Source: the human T2T-CHM13v2.0 reference genome, Homo sapiens. From it: 64,000 nt of DNA. Shown in pieces: positions 1 through 13,816 of this stretch; position 1 is the stretch's first letter; each line of letters starts with the position of its first letter. The translations under genes and the position numbers were made by a program. The notes below the pieces were generated by a model, which searched no databases, was not told where the DNA came from, and was given only the letters and a program-made list of their open reading frames with translations. Location: the NCBI RefSeq assembly GCF_009914755.1, contig NC_060934.1; one strand, written 5' to 3'.

Positions 1-725
1 TAGCAGCTTCCAGAAGTAACAAGTTTTGGTTTTACTATTTTTTGATTATATCATGAACTCATGTTTTGCTGTACTGAATGTGTTCCAATCCATTGCAGTC
101 ATCCTTTTAAATTCTTTTGAATGCTCAAACTGTCCCAGATTTGCTGAGTAGGAGCCTTTTAAATAGTTTTTTCATCCTTTTTAACGCAACCTTTTTAACA
201 CAACCCTAGGAGTTCTTGTTTTTCTGTTTTGTTATTTTTCTATGTAAAAGTTTATTTTTGTGTGGCAGTTTTCAAGAAAAGTCTACCAGAGGCAGTAGCA
301 AGAACCTGAAGTACATGCTACATTTATCAGTAACAGTGAAATATAGCAGAAATAACCCTGACCTTGGTGTCCCAGTCTTTCCTCTATTGCTAACTAGCGG
401 AAACCTCTTCTTAGGTCTTTAGGTTTTAGCTGTCCTTCCTGTTACCTCCTCCTTGTACCCACCCCAACTACCTCCAAATTTCAGAGAGGAGGGTGTATTT
501 TCATCACTATAGCTCTCATTTTTTTTTAGTGTTCCCAGTGTACCTTACTTTAGTGGTACCTTACCAAGTACCATCCTTATCCTGAGCTGGCAACCTCCTT
601 TTTGTAGTGTTATGGGGGCTTTTAGTTAACATCTGTGGTACACTTGGCTAAAGCAGTTTCTCATTTTACTTTGTTTTTTTGGGTTTTTAAAAAATTTTTT
701 TAAACATATTTTTAAATTTTATTAA

Positions 726-854
<129 letters not shown>

Positions 855-1126
855 TGACTGAGTTCAGCATGCTCTTTTGGATAGTGTGCCTTGTTATTAT
901 CTTCTAGTTGTAGGTTGGATGAGTGTTCAGTGGTGCTGGGAAACAATGGCTTCTGAAGCAATTCGGATATAGAGCCAATATATGAATTCACAGATTATTT
1001 GGACAGCTGCCTACATTTTAAAAACATCTCTAGAATCTCTAAAACTTTTGAAGCAACAAGCCCTTTTGAAAAGTATATTCCTGGAAATAGCTTCACCCTG
1101 TCCTTTTGGCCTCACAAGAATCCACT

Positions 1127-1408
<282 letters not shown>

Positions 1409-1639
1409 GAATCCACTTTTTTTTTTTTTTAAAGCAGTTGTGATTAGTGTGAACCCTTAAAAAGTCAGTGCCAAATGTGAAACATCAGGCTTTGAATTTA
1501 AGTAAGGTAACTGAAAAATCCTGGGTTTCACTCTAGCTCTGATGGGAGAAAACAACTTTTTAACTCCTTTTTGTTTTTAACATGTGTATTGATTTATGTA
1601 TATTATTGATGATTGAATATCTAGTATTTAACAATTAAG

Positions 1640-1952
1640 ATTTTTTTTTTTATTTTTAAGAGACAGGGTCTCACTCTGTCACACAGGCTGAAGTGCAGTG
1701 GTGAGACCTTGGCACACTGCAGCCTCAACCTCCTGGGCTCAAGAGTGATCCTCCCACCTTGGCCTCCCGAGTAGCTGGGACTACTGGATCACCCACTATA
1801 CCCAGCTAATTTTTGTGTTGTTGTTTTTTTTTTGGTAGAAATGAGGTCTCACTTTGTTACCCAGGCTTGTCTCAAACTCCTGCACTCAAGTGATCTTCCT
1901 GCCTTAGCCTCCCAAAGTGCTGGGATTACGGACGTGAGCCACTGCGTCCAGC
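1640..1952 (-). mobile_element. AluJ
   Basis: Diverged dimeric Alu with the gcagcctcaacctcctgggctcaag J-type motif. Confidence 0.85.
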
Positions 1953-2650
1953 AACATTATCTATTGATAGCTGAGTCAAATATGTATTTGTGGTGTTTTT
2001 TTTTTTTAATGTTTGGCTTTTAAGTCTGTATACTACCACCAAAATGGATCTCACTATAATCTGAAGACTTTTAAGTCTCAGGCCCTTATTTCAAGCTATA
2101 TTTGATGCAAGAAAATTAAATCTAAGACATATACCTCAAACTCTACTTTATAATGACTTGTTTGACTGACTAGTTGAAGATCTTTATGATGAATCCTAGA
2201 AGTCTGTTGAACTATCTGTAGAATGGCACCACCAAAGGCTTGGATGGGTAAATTTTCTAGTTTGCCTATATTAAGTTTATGCTCCTGCCCACCCTTTAAG
2301 GCAACCCTGATTAATAAACAGAACTGAGAATTAGTTTGTGGTTTAATGCAAAACAGATGTTTTTAAACCACTTGGGGGTTGGGACCTTTTAATATTAAGC
2401 ACTAATTCCCAAATACGCCAAGTGCTTTAGGGAGGTCCAGACGGACTGGCGTCAAAGGATTTAGGAAATTTGCTGCCTAAATTAAGACCACCACTGTATA
2501 TCAGACATTCCCCTTGGCAAAAAATATTCCTGTCTCTTCACCTTGTTCCTCTGTTCTCCAGACATCACTGATAATAAGCTTGTTGTGTAACATTTCTTAT
2601 ACCTCTTTTCCTCATGCTGTTAGTTTTTGAAGGTGCGCTATACTCGATAA

Positions 2651-2851
<201 letters not shown>

Positions 2852-2948
2852 AACCCAGCATGACATAACAGTGCAGGGCAAAATATTCACTGGGCCAATT
2901 CAATACAAACAATCTCTTAAATTGGGTTCATGATGCAGTCTCCTCTTT

Positions 2949-2968
2949 AAAACAAAACAAAACAAAAC
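2949..2968 (+). repeat. (AAAAC)4 microsatellite in MXI1 3'UTR
   Basis: Four perfect AAAAC units. Confidence 0.9.
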
Positions 2969-5207
2969 TATACTTGAACAAAAGGGTCAGAGGACCTGTA
3001 TTTAAGCAAATACTTAGCAAAAAGTGGGGCAGAGCCTCCCAAGGAGAACAAATATTCAGAATATTCATATTGGAAAAATCACAATTTTTAATGGCAGCAG
3101 AAAACTTGTGTGAAATTTTCTTGATTTGAGTTGATTGAGAAGAGGACATTGGAGATGCCATCCTCTTTCTCTTTTCTAGTTTGCTCATACTACATTGAGT
3201 AGACACATTTAAGGATGGGGTTATGAACCCTTCCTGAGCTTTATGGTCCTAAAAGCAAAATAAAAACTATTTGAATGAAAAGACAAGAAAATCAGGTATT
3301 AATCTTGGATAGCTAATAATGAGCTATTAAAACTCAGCCTGGGACAGTTTATCATGAAGCCTGTGGATGATCAATCCTTTATTATTATTTTTTTTTTTTT
3401 GAAAAAAGCTCATTTCATGCTCTGCAAAAGGAGAGACTCCCATGAAGCCTTTTGAAAGGGATCATCATGCAGCTCAACTTTCTGTTGGATTCCATGCTAA
3501 GCAAGCTAACCTTATCCTGCATTGTTAGCACTAGGCACCCAGCTGCCACCTCTCCATCCTGCTGCCCTTAGGCCACATGGGAGCAGTCCATGCATGACAG
3601 CCTCTATCCTACAAGGCCTATGAGTATGGATTGGGGGGGCCAAAAGGAAAAAGCTCCATGTGCCTCTTTGTCTGCGTGGGTCAGAAGAGTTGTGCACGCA
3701 GATTAGCAGGCCAAGGTCTGAGCCACAGCAGCATTTTTATTTCAGATTTTGATAACTGTTTATATGTGTTGAAAACCAAAATGACATCTTTTTAAAGCTT
3801 ATCCATAAAAAAAAATAGATGTCTTTTATAGTGGAAAAACACATGGGGAAAAAAATCATCTATTTTGATGCAGCATTTGATAATGATAAAACACCTCACA
3901 CCTCACTCTTTATAGTGCACAAAATGAATGAGGTCTGGGCTAGGTAGAAAAAGGGTCAATGCTATTTTTGTTTTTAGAATCATTACCTTTTACCAGCTTT
4001 TAACCATCTGATATCTATAGTAGACACACTATCATAGTTAACATAGTTAAGTTCAGCACTTGTCTCATTTTAATGTAAAGATTTGCTTCCATTTTCCTAC
4101 AGGCAGTCTCTCTCTTCCTCACAGTCCCACTGTGCAGGTGCTATTGTTACTCTTACGAATATTTTCAGTAATGTTATTTTCTTCTAAGTGAAATTTCTAG
4201 CCTGCACTTTGATGTCATGTGTTCCCTTTGTCTTTCAAACTCCAAGGTTCCCCTGTGGCCCTCTCCCTTACCCTGGGAAGGCCTCTTGGAGACCTTACCC
4301 CTGGCTGTTTGGACTTTGTATACTTTAAATAATTTAACTACCCTTAATTACTTAAAAAAAAAAAAAAAAAGCTTTATGATTTTCATAACTTATTGCTGAT
4401 TTTAATGGATTGTTAATTTCAGTCCTGTAGTTTTATTTTATGTTTAGATAGGGCTGGGCAAGGAAAAAGAAAATAAAGACAACCATATTTAGCAGTGCAG
4501 TTGAGTTGTGTGTTAATGTTAGACTATCCCTTTGTGAGTGACACTTTAACAGCATTCACTGCTTCTATATATAGTGTACCATCTTGGTCATACATTACGC
4601 CTCAACATATACTTGTGCTCTTCCTTTGCCTCCAGAAGAAGTTTTTCCTTGATTGTGCTATGTTTCAGTGGAAGAAATTCTTTGAAGTAGATGTGAGTGA
4701 AAAACTGCATGCCTTTAGAAGCCCAGTATCAGAACTTGCTACGTTTCAGGTGCTAGGGACTTAATGAAAAACAGGACAAAACAATTCCTTTTTGTGGCCC
4801 AGGTAAATTATTTCTGGTTTCACTTATAATTACTAATGGCTGAGTCAAGATGTTGTCTCTGTGTTTGCTTACTCTTGATCAAGTGTGAGACAGTTTGAAG
4901 ACTGTGCTACCATACAAAGTGAATGAAGCCAGTGACTAAGCTTCTGTTTGTTTTGTTATTCTCATGGCCTTCGCTTGCATTATTTGGGCCTTCATTCAGA
5001 TGAACTTGAGGTGCCATTTTGTTGCATATGTACAGGATTATGGGCTGGAAAGCATTTGTTATAAACCTATAGTGCACATTTTAACTGCCCCCTAAATTAC
5101 CCTTCCCTGGGTTTGTTTTCCTTGGGGTGGTGTAGATTGTATGAGTAAGAAGTATTAATTTTTTAAAAGACAAATCAACTTTGAAGACACAAAAGTTAAT
5201 TGGAAGA

Positions 5208-5213
5208 AATAAA
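5208..5213 (+). terminator. MXI1 polyadenylation signal (distal)
   Basis: AATAAA followed ~20 nt later by ctttctttttgt. Other AATAAA hexamers at 3259-3264 and 4472-4477 are possible proximal sites. Confidence 0.8.
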
Positions 5214-5652
5214 AACTGTGAACGAAGAATACCTTTCTTTTTGTACCATCCTTCTTTATGAAGGCAAAAACATGAATGGGTATCCACACCTTAAGAGGTA
5301 ACTAACTATCTCCTAAATGTCTGTTGATACCAAATCAGTATCAATGCCAAATCAAATGGCAGTTTGAATTATAATTGCCATTCCTGTTCTGCAATTTAAA
5401 CAGGAGCCTGACTGGTAACTCCATATAACCTAACTGCATGTGGTTTAATGTGCCACATTAATAATAATATTAACTGCCTCAGGTAGGACACAAAGCCATT
5501 CTCATGATCTGTTCTCTAAATAACTTTTGGGAGCATCCCTTTAGCTACACTATTATTCAAATTGCAAACAAGTCTGGAAGTTCCACTAATCTTATTTAGG
5601 GTACCCTATTTATAGAACACCTGAGTGACATTTATATTAAAAGGTACAGGTA

Positions 5653-5941
5653 GGCCAGGTGCAATGGCTCACACCTGTAATCCCAGCACTTTGGAAGGCA
5701 GAGGTGCGCAGATCACTTGAGGTCAGGAGTTTGAAACCACCCTGGCCAACATGATGAAATTCCGTTATCCACTAAAAAAAAAAATACGAAAAATTAGCTG
5801 GGCGTGGTGGCATGCACCTGTAGTCCCAGCTACTCAGGAGGCTGAGGCAGGAGAATCTTGAACCTGGGAGGCGGAGGCTGCAGTGAGCTGAGATCGAGCC
5901 ACTGCACTCCAGCCTGGGCAGCAGAGCGAGACTCCGTCTCA
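5653..5941 (+). mobile_element. AluS with almost no A-tail
   Basis: Full dimer; TSD aaaaggtacaggta at 5639-5652 and 5942-5955. Confidence 0.92.
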
Positions 5942-6556
5942 AAAAGGTACAGGTAAAACCTACTGTAGCGCGTTATGACTAGAGGATTCTGAAGTCACTG
6001 CAACTCAAGTTTCTGGTTAGAATAGGTATGAGAACTCCTACAGAAATGCCTTTCTAATCTCCCTGACAATGACTGCTTTTAGCATTATGAAGGAATTTTA
6101 AGAGGCAGTGAGGATTATTGAGGCAAAGTTGCTGACCAAAATCAGGTTCCCAACAGTTAACCCAGAACAGTAAAGTGTGGGAAAAGCAAGTGTTTTAATT
6201 ACACTTTAATCCCAGTTCCAACATTGCTGACCCTAGTTAAGTTGCTTGATTTCTTCATGGAGCCCTTTTCTTCCTGAAAAGCTATTATAAGTACTACCTC
6301 TATCTTGAAGGGTTGTAAGGATTTAAGCTGATATATATAAACTACCACCCCACTCCCTGACTGCCATCTAGGAAGATGTAGCACTAAGGAAATTAAAAGG
6401 GGTGTATTTCTCTAGTTTCTCTGATGAATGCAACCTTTTAATGCATCCTTAATCCTGAATTTTAGTTACTTTGACTCCAGATCTTACAGAAAAAGACTGT
6501 TCCTAAATATTGGTTCACTTAAACAAAATTCCATGGTAGGTAATACTTTAATATAA

Positions 6557-6856
<300 letters not shown>

Positions 6857-9532
6857 TCCTATAGAATTTCTTAAATGAAGGCTTTATAAGATTAATGCAG
6901 CATCAGTTTTAGTGATTAGTTGGTCTTTCTAGAAAAAAGAAAAAGGACTAATCTCAAGTTGAACATATTATACACTGATAATAATGTGCCCTAGGTCAGT
7001 ATTTAGTGCTGACTTTGCCAAGAAAAGACAATCAGCAGCTATCTCCTTTCCTATGTATCAGAACTAATAGGAAACTGGTTTTCTTGTGGAATATGTCAGA
7101 TTGTTTTAAATAGGCAGCGTAGTTCAAAATAAATGTACTGGCTGAAAACTTCACTTCCTGTTGTTTTACCTTTCTATACAGTCATAAATTAGAGAAAATG
7201 GCTTTAAATGAAGTTCTTTTAAGATACTGCCAACTAACTTACTGTAGTTTTGGAATTTTTTCCATATCCTCAAGCTCATAGCTCTTTGCCATGGGGAATG
7301 CTTTAAAAATCTTTATTGGTAGGGTAATAATTGAGATACTTATTTCAGATGCTCACACCAGGGCACAGAATAGCACTGTAAAAATATAACAAAACCTATA
7401 AAAGTACCTCTAAAATTATAAGAAGAATATACATTTAAGATCAGTCGTTTCTAAATTAGTAGCTTCATCACACTTAGAAAGCTAGGTCAACTAAACCTGA
7501 GGGGCGATTTTGGAGGGAAAAACTCCAGGCAAAAGAATTAAAGGGATACTTACTCCTTCCTGCTACTTCTGAACAATGAACATTTGGACAGTTACCATCT
7601 ATTAAAGTGATTACTAGCCTAGCTTCAGATCTCAGGCTTCAACTCTAGTTTCCCAGGATATGGAGTCAAGTGTTTCCTCCAAGCCTGAATTCTTTGTTTC
7701 TCTGGTCAGAAATTCACTGCATCTTGCTAAAGTAAGTACAGGGCTTGAAAGGGGAAAAAACAAAAGCACATCAGTTTTACCAAGAAAGGTAAATCCTGAG
7801 CCAGCAAACAACAACCATAACTTTCAGCCCCAAGTTGAGAAAGTAGCTCTTCAAACAAAATGCCAACCTTCTCTCCTAATGATTATCACCATGGCTCTTT
7901 CAGCCGTATTCTTAAAAAAGACTAAGTGGAGAAACAAATTACAGTTTAAATAATTCCAGTGACTATACTGGTTTTGTTTTAAATGAACTGGTAAGGTGTG
8001 TGGTGGAACTAAGTTTCCAGTTTTTGTTGCCTGGGAACTGAAAGATTAATTAAATATCCAAAACTTCGTATTTTTAGCTAGTTCAGCTGTCAACTACTAC
8101 AAACCCCTATTATTCTCAGTTCTGCTTTACCCCAATCAAGGCCACAAAAGAACCACCTTTATATACATAAGTTAAAAGGCAGAAAAGGCAATTAAAACAC
8201 CTCACAGAAATCTAACACTATTTTGTTTTATTTTACTCTTTTGGCTAGGCCAAAACGAATTATTAAAATGTTCCATCTATAAAATTGATTTCTGAACCTC
8301 TTAAGATGTTTCTTAAGAACATAACTATACACATACATAGGCCTTTTAAAAGATGATTGGATAAAGGGCGCCAATTACTTGGGTTTTTCTGTTTGTTTAA
8401 AATACAGTATTACCTGTTATTTTGCCTGCTATGCTCCTCCTCTCTACTGCAGTAAAAATTCAGTTTAACTTGCAACTCAAAAATCCTAGATACAAAGAAT
8501 GTTTACATTTACTGTTGAACTTGTAAATTGCCATTTATACTAATTGATTGCTTCGTAGTACCATACAGATACTTAATTCAGCTGATATTTATTGAATCAA
8601 GATTTAAAAAAATATAAAACCTCATTGGTTTTAATAGATTTTCTTCCTTTATATTTCAGTTACTACCCAAGTTAAAGCAAAAAGCTAAATCAAAGCTTTA
8701 AATTTTTTTTGGTTGAATTTACAACTGGTAGTTTTTTATCTTATAAAAATTGTAATTATAAAATTACAATCTACAGACACATGAGTCACACAACTACAGT
8801 TTTCCTTTATGTTAACCTGATGGTCTCCTTTGCTATTTTTAAGGCAGACATTTGGCATTAGAATTGCATACTGGAAACAGATACACACCCTTCATTGTGA
8901 CAACAAGCAATTTTTTAAAAAAAATGTGTTGCTACAGTAACTGATGCATCTTGTTTTGGTTTGACGCCTAGTCTTCATGATTAGGCTAAAAGGTAATTTT
9001 TCTTCATTTCCAAAGTCAAACTTTTATAGTTAACAGTTCTCAGACGGGGATGCACATCAGGATCACCTGCGGTGTTCGTCAAACAACATACCTTGGCCTG
9101 GATAAGTCTAAGGTTGGTCCCAGGCCCACAAATTCCTCTTTAATTTTAAACAAGCATTAGGGGTGACTTTTATTATAACCTTCACCCCCTTCCCATTAAG
9201 AAACATGCCCTAGTATACAAATTAGTTCAAACCTTTAACTAGGAATACTAAATATACCCTACAGCCTTGGTAATTTGATAACACTTCAATAATACAGTTA
9301 TAATTGGATGCCTCAAATCATAAACAATGGGTATTGTTATCCATTGTAATGTGGATTGCTATTCAAGTTAAGGAAAAAATATCAGATAATTCACCACTGC
9401 CACTCTGCAGAGTAATAGCAGACGCTTCTATAGTGCTTATGCCGGATACTCTTAAGCTATTTACACATTTGAATTCAATCCTTAAAACTGAAACAGATTT
9501 TTCCATTCTACAGCTGAGAAAAATGAATCAGA

Positions 9533-9582
9533 GGAATACACAGGTAATAAATGGGAATACACAGGTAATAAATGGTAATAAA
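9533..9582 (+). repeat. 21-bp tandem duplication
   Basis: ggaatacacaggtaataaatg x2 plus a partial gtaataaa. Confidence 0.9.
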
Positions 9583-10909
9583 CAAACACTAGTCTGGCTC
9601 TAGAGTCCTTGCTGTTTTCCAGTATGCTCTGTGGCCTCCCTACATGTTAATTAAAATAGCACTTGTTACCTGTGATTACCACTAAAACTCAACATTTTAT
9701 TTTCGGGAGGTTAGGACTGTTCTTTCCTTGAAATGGTAACAACAGTCAAACGTCAAGCTTTGGTAAGTTACATGCAACCATTTCTACTTAGGGGCCCATA
9801 ACTCAATATTTAACATTTCAGTCTGTCACAGTTTCAAAGCTTCAAGTCTCCTTTCTTAATGGGGAAAACTCTACATTAAATTTTCTAACAAAGCTTTTTA
9901 AGGTCAAGGTTTATATTTTGTTTCAGAATATAGAGAGCTTAACCACCTTCAACTGTAAAATACTGTGGGTATCATGCTTCTCATTGAGCATCTTCTCAAA
10001 TTCAGTATCACACTGTGACAGGTAGTCTCCCCAGGAGTCCTGCCTCTTAGTTCAGAGACACAAACATCATCCTGACACTAGGATTTTCCAAAGGGCCACA
10101 TCTAGATCTTTGACACAAAGGTTGCTGATTTCATTCTAAAGGTCTATTTTCAAAACATTTTTTTTTTAAGGTCACTTTTATTCTTTTTCTCTCTCCTACT
10201 GCAAAGTCCTCTGGGAAAACTAAGGCCCCCCAGGGTCAAAAGAGGGACAAGACTGTTAACAGTCCTGCCTACACAAACATCAAGTGAATTACTATTCTAA
10301 TACCACCAAGGTAATCTCAACAACCATTTTCTGGGGTCACACAATGACACCAAATTTCTTCCCAGTGCTTTTTAATTCAAAGGATTCTCTTGCAATCCAT
10401 CAAGGCTACTCTTGATTATTGATAAGCTCTTAAGATGTTACAATAACAAAGTATATTTTATTTAGAAGTTTACAGGCTTCAACAAACCCTTTTTCTACTG
10501 CAGTTTGTGCCTTTCTGTCCTTTGTGTCCTACCCTGTGGCCACGAATTATATGAAGAAAAAGTGACCCTCCTGGGTTGAGAGGGGTGGGTGTGGAAGGGA
10601 GAGATGAAGAATTCTACCTACCACTGTCCTAAGTTTCAATTTATAAAAAAAATTAAAATTCATGAAATAAAAACTTATTTTCCCCTTCCACCAAAAATCT
10701 ACAAACACCCATTAAAATGAGGACATCCTATAAACACAGGCCTGGTTTGCCCTTTAAGATCCAATTTCTTCTAATGGAAGGAATACTTAAGCATTTACTG
10801 AAACGTCTCACACACTCAGTATTCTCTTGCATGAATGCCGTGTGCAAGTACTTGGAGGTTTAATTGCTTTAAGTGCTGACAGCTAAAGACTTTACCCTTT
10901 TGTTAACAC

Positions 10910-12023
10910 ACCCTGGAGATTTTAAAAACACTTTATTTAATAAAAGTTAAACATACAAAACTGAAATAATACACATCCTAAAAATTACCTTCTTCCATTA
11001 ATAGGAAGACCCTTTTCTATGCATGTATTTGGCTTAAACTCAACTCAGGATAACTGTGATGATGTTCACTTACACCAACAAATGCAGACAACCTGATCTA
11101 ATTAACAAAAATTACAAACAGCTAAATGAACATAATATACAGGGAAATTATCGTCAGATTAATGCACAAGAAATACAAGAAATTTTTAATGATGAAATAT
11201 TCAGTATTCTTGTTCATTAATTTAGCCTTGTGTTTTTACAAAAATAGTATCTACACTGTATACAGGGCTATACATCAGCTTTTTGTTCTCCCATATAAAC
11301 ATCACACATCCAAAACATGGTACCACTGCCGTAAATGGAAAAAACAAAAAACAGGAAAAAAGCAAACATACAAAAAACAAAAACACCTTAGAAAAGGGAG
11401 CTCATCCTAAGGTTTCTTACATAAAACTAAGAGTACATAAAAATAAAACAGCTAGATCAATTTTAGAGATGGCCTAATAGGCCTGGGAAACAAGTTATTG
11501 AGGAAAAACCTCAAAACAAACTTTGCCATTTACAAATTAACCTATCTTTAAGCTTAACTGAACGACAGCTAAGTTTTAAAGCTGAAAATAAGAAAAATGA
11601 AAAGATCTCTTTTAGCAGGTTGGTGTTTTTGCCTTGGTGTTCCAATGAATTGCTAGAGTATGTGTCAAGTTCAAAGCATCTGAAAATTTCAAGTTACAAC
11701 TTACAAAAAGTACATACCATAGGTTAAGTAGGCGCCTGATATTAGGAAGATCAATAATTCATCTAAGTGCTGTATGAAACAGCATCTACAAAAGTTGCTT
11801 TATTCAACAAACTTTGAGGGAACCGTGGTACTGATAATGAGAAAAGTTAAATGAATAGCAGTTATCAAATGCAATTTCTTCACGTTTCATTCTACTGAAG
11901 CCAACCAATGACGACAATGGTATCTTGCTTACTCATCTAACAAATAATTTACCTTTAGAAAAATATAAGGATAAAAAGGTAAATGTAAAGCCCTGCAGAG
12001 ATGAAATCCAACAGTTTTTCTGA
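10910..12023 (-). other. SMNDC1: SMNDC1 3'UTR
   Basis: U-rich, repeat-free sequence after the stop, ending at - strand AATAAA (10937-10932) with a GU-rich downstream element (GGTGTGTTAAC). Longer isoforms are possible. Confidence 0.8.
10932..10937 (-). terminator. SMNDC1 polyadenylation signal
   Basis: TTTATT on + strand equals AATAAA on - strand. Confidence 0.75.
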
Positions 12024-12161
12024 TTATTGAGGCATCAAATGCCTGACATTGTATTTAGAGGTATCTTGATATTGTGTCATAGGTTTATCAGCAATTCCAC
12101 AGGTTCCTACTCCAACTTTACCAGTCACACTCTCAGGTGAAGCAAAAATACTCCTCTTTAC
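12024..12161 (-). CDS. SMNDC1: SMNDC1 exon 6, coding part
   Basis: ttttctttcccttag|GTA acceptor; VKRSIFASPESVTGKVGVGTCGIADKPMTQYQDTSKYNVRHLMPQ*; TAA 12026-12024. Exon phases sum to 717 nt, i.e. 238 aa. Confidence 0.96.
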   Translation of the reverse strand, partial: VKRSIFASPESVTGKVGVGTCGIADKPMTQYQDTSKYNVRHLMPQ

Positions 12162-13101
12162 CTAAGGGAAAGAAAACAGAAATCATTCCTGATTAGTGTT
12201 GGAAAAAATAAAAAATTTCAAATTTTAAGTAATGTTAAAATATATTCTGGTTTCAACGTTTAAAAGAAGAAAAACATATTGCCTTTGTTTAGTGTTAAAA
12301 AATGGGTACAGAAGTGGTCCCATGCTGGAAGCCATTTACTCTAACTTCTAAGTTGTGGAAAATATCATTACATTTACTAATACTCATAACACTTGCCTTC
12401 TGATACGTCAAAATTTTAGTTTTGTAAACGCAAATCCTAACTTCAGCTGTGAGCTAGCCATTCTAGCATGATTAAAGCTCTGGCTGTATTGTGGTTTACT
12501 GTGGGGCCTGTTATGATAGCCAAATTGTGAAGTCCCTTGGCCTTTGTCACAAAATAAACATCTTTATGAAAAGGAAGCGCTTCTTTCCAGAAGCCATGTC
12601 CATCAATGGAAGGGCTACCTTGATGGCAGTGAAGAGTAACACATGGGTGAAAGTCAGGTTATCCTTATTCTCAACTTCCTATATGAATGCTACAGTTATT
12701 TTCTACCCAACACACACAAGGTAAGTGTATCAAGGGAAACTGAATGCACTTTTAAATAAAATCTACCAGTGATGCCCAGCATGAAGGCATGTTAACAAAG
12801 CAGATAGAGTTAAGCACACTGCCTCTAAGTAGCAACTATTTTTTCAAATATTAGTTTATAGAAGGAAAAGAACATAGACCTTTTGTAATTTCTGATATAA
12901 ATTCTCTCATTTGTAATATTTTTATTGCAGAGACAATGGCTAACATTTTTCAATAAGTTAAATTGAGCATCAACAAGGATTCGGAATACAAAATCTGAGT
13001 TAATCATACTTTACAAAAAATCTACATCTCTTTTCATTTTAAAGTTATTTTAATGACAGTTGCATTTCTCAAATTTACAAAGTGTAAAAAGATTTACCAA
13101 C

Positions 13102-13255
13102 CTGGCCTTTTTTGTTTTTAGAATAGGCTCTGTTGTTGAATTGTTGCCATTTCACTTTCTGGTCCTCTCTTTCCTGCTCAAGTTCTTTTATTCTCTGAGC
13201 TTTTTTCAAAGCTTTCTTCTTTTTATATTCACGCTGCTGGGCAATCATTTCTTTT
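13102..13255 (-). CDS. SMNDC1: SMNDC1 exon 5 (basic/NLS region)
   Basis: ttttcatgcag|A acceptor; KEMIAQQREYKKKKALKKAQRIKELEQEREDQKVKWQQFNNRAYSKNKKGQ; donor CAG|GTTGGT; 154 nt. Confidence 0.96.
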
Positions 13256-13474
13256 CTGCATGAAAAAAAGTTAAATGTCAACTGTTAAGACTTATCATAC
13301 AAGAATGACTTCCTTGAAGACACCGGCAGTGCAAAAAAAAAATCTAATAAACATATACAATGGTCTATGAATAAAAAGTACTAAATCATTAAAATCAGTA
13401 CCAATCACCCAGAATTACTAAGAAATGTTTTTTTAAAAAATGGCATCCTTGGAAGCTTTCAAACATAACTGTAA

Positions 13475-13816
<342 letters not shown>

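Larger units (their letters stand above)
2852..5230 (+). other. MXI1: MXI1 3'UTR
   Basis: Follows the stop codon; AU-rich and free of interspersed repeats; ends at AATAAA 5208-5213 with a T-rich downstream element. The end coordinate is approximate. Confidence 0.85.

Noticed and set aside
8749-8770. attgtaatt/aattacaat inverted repeat
   Set aside because: A 9-bp AT-rich stem is expected by chance.
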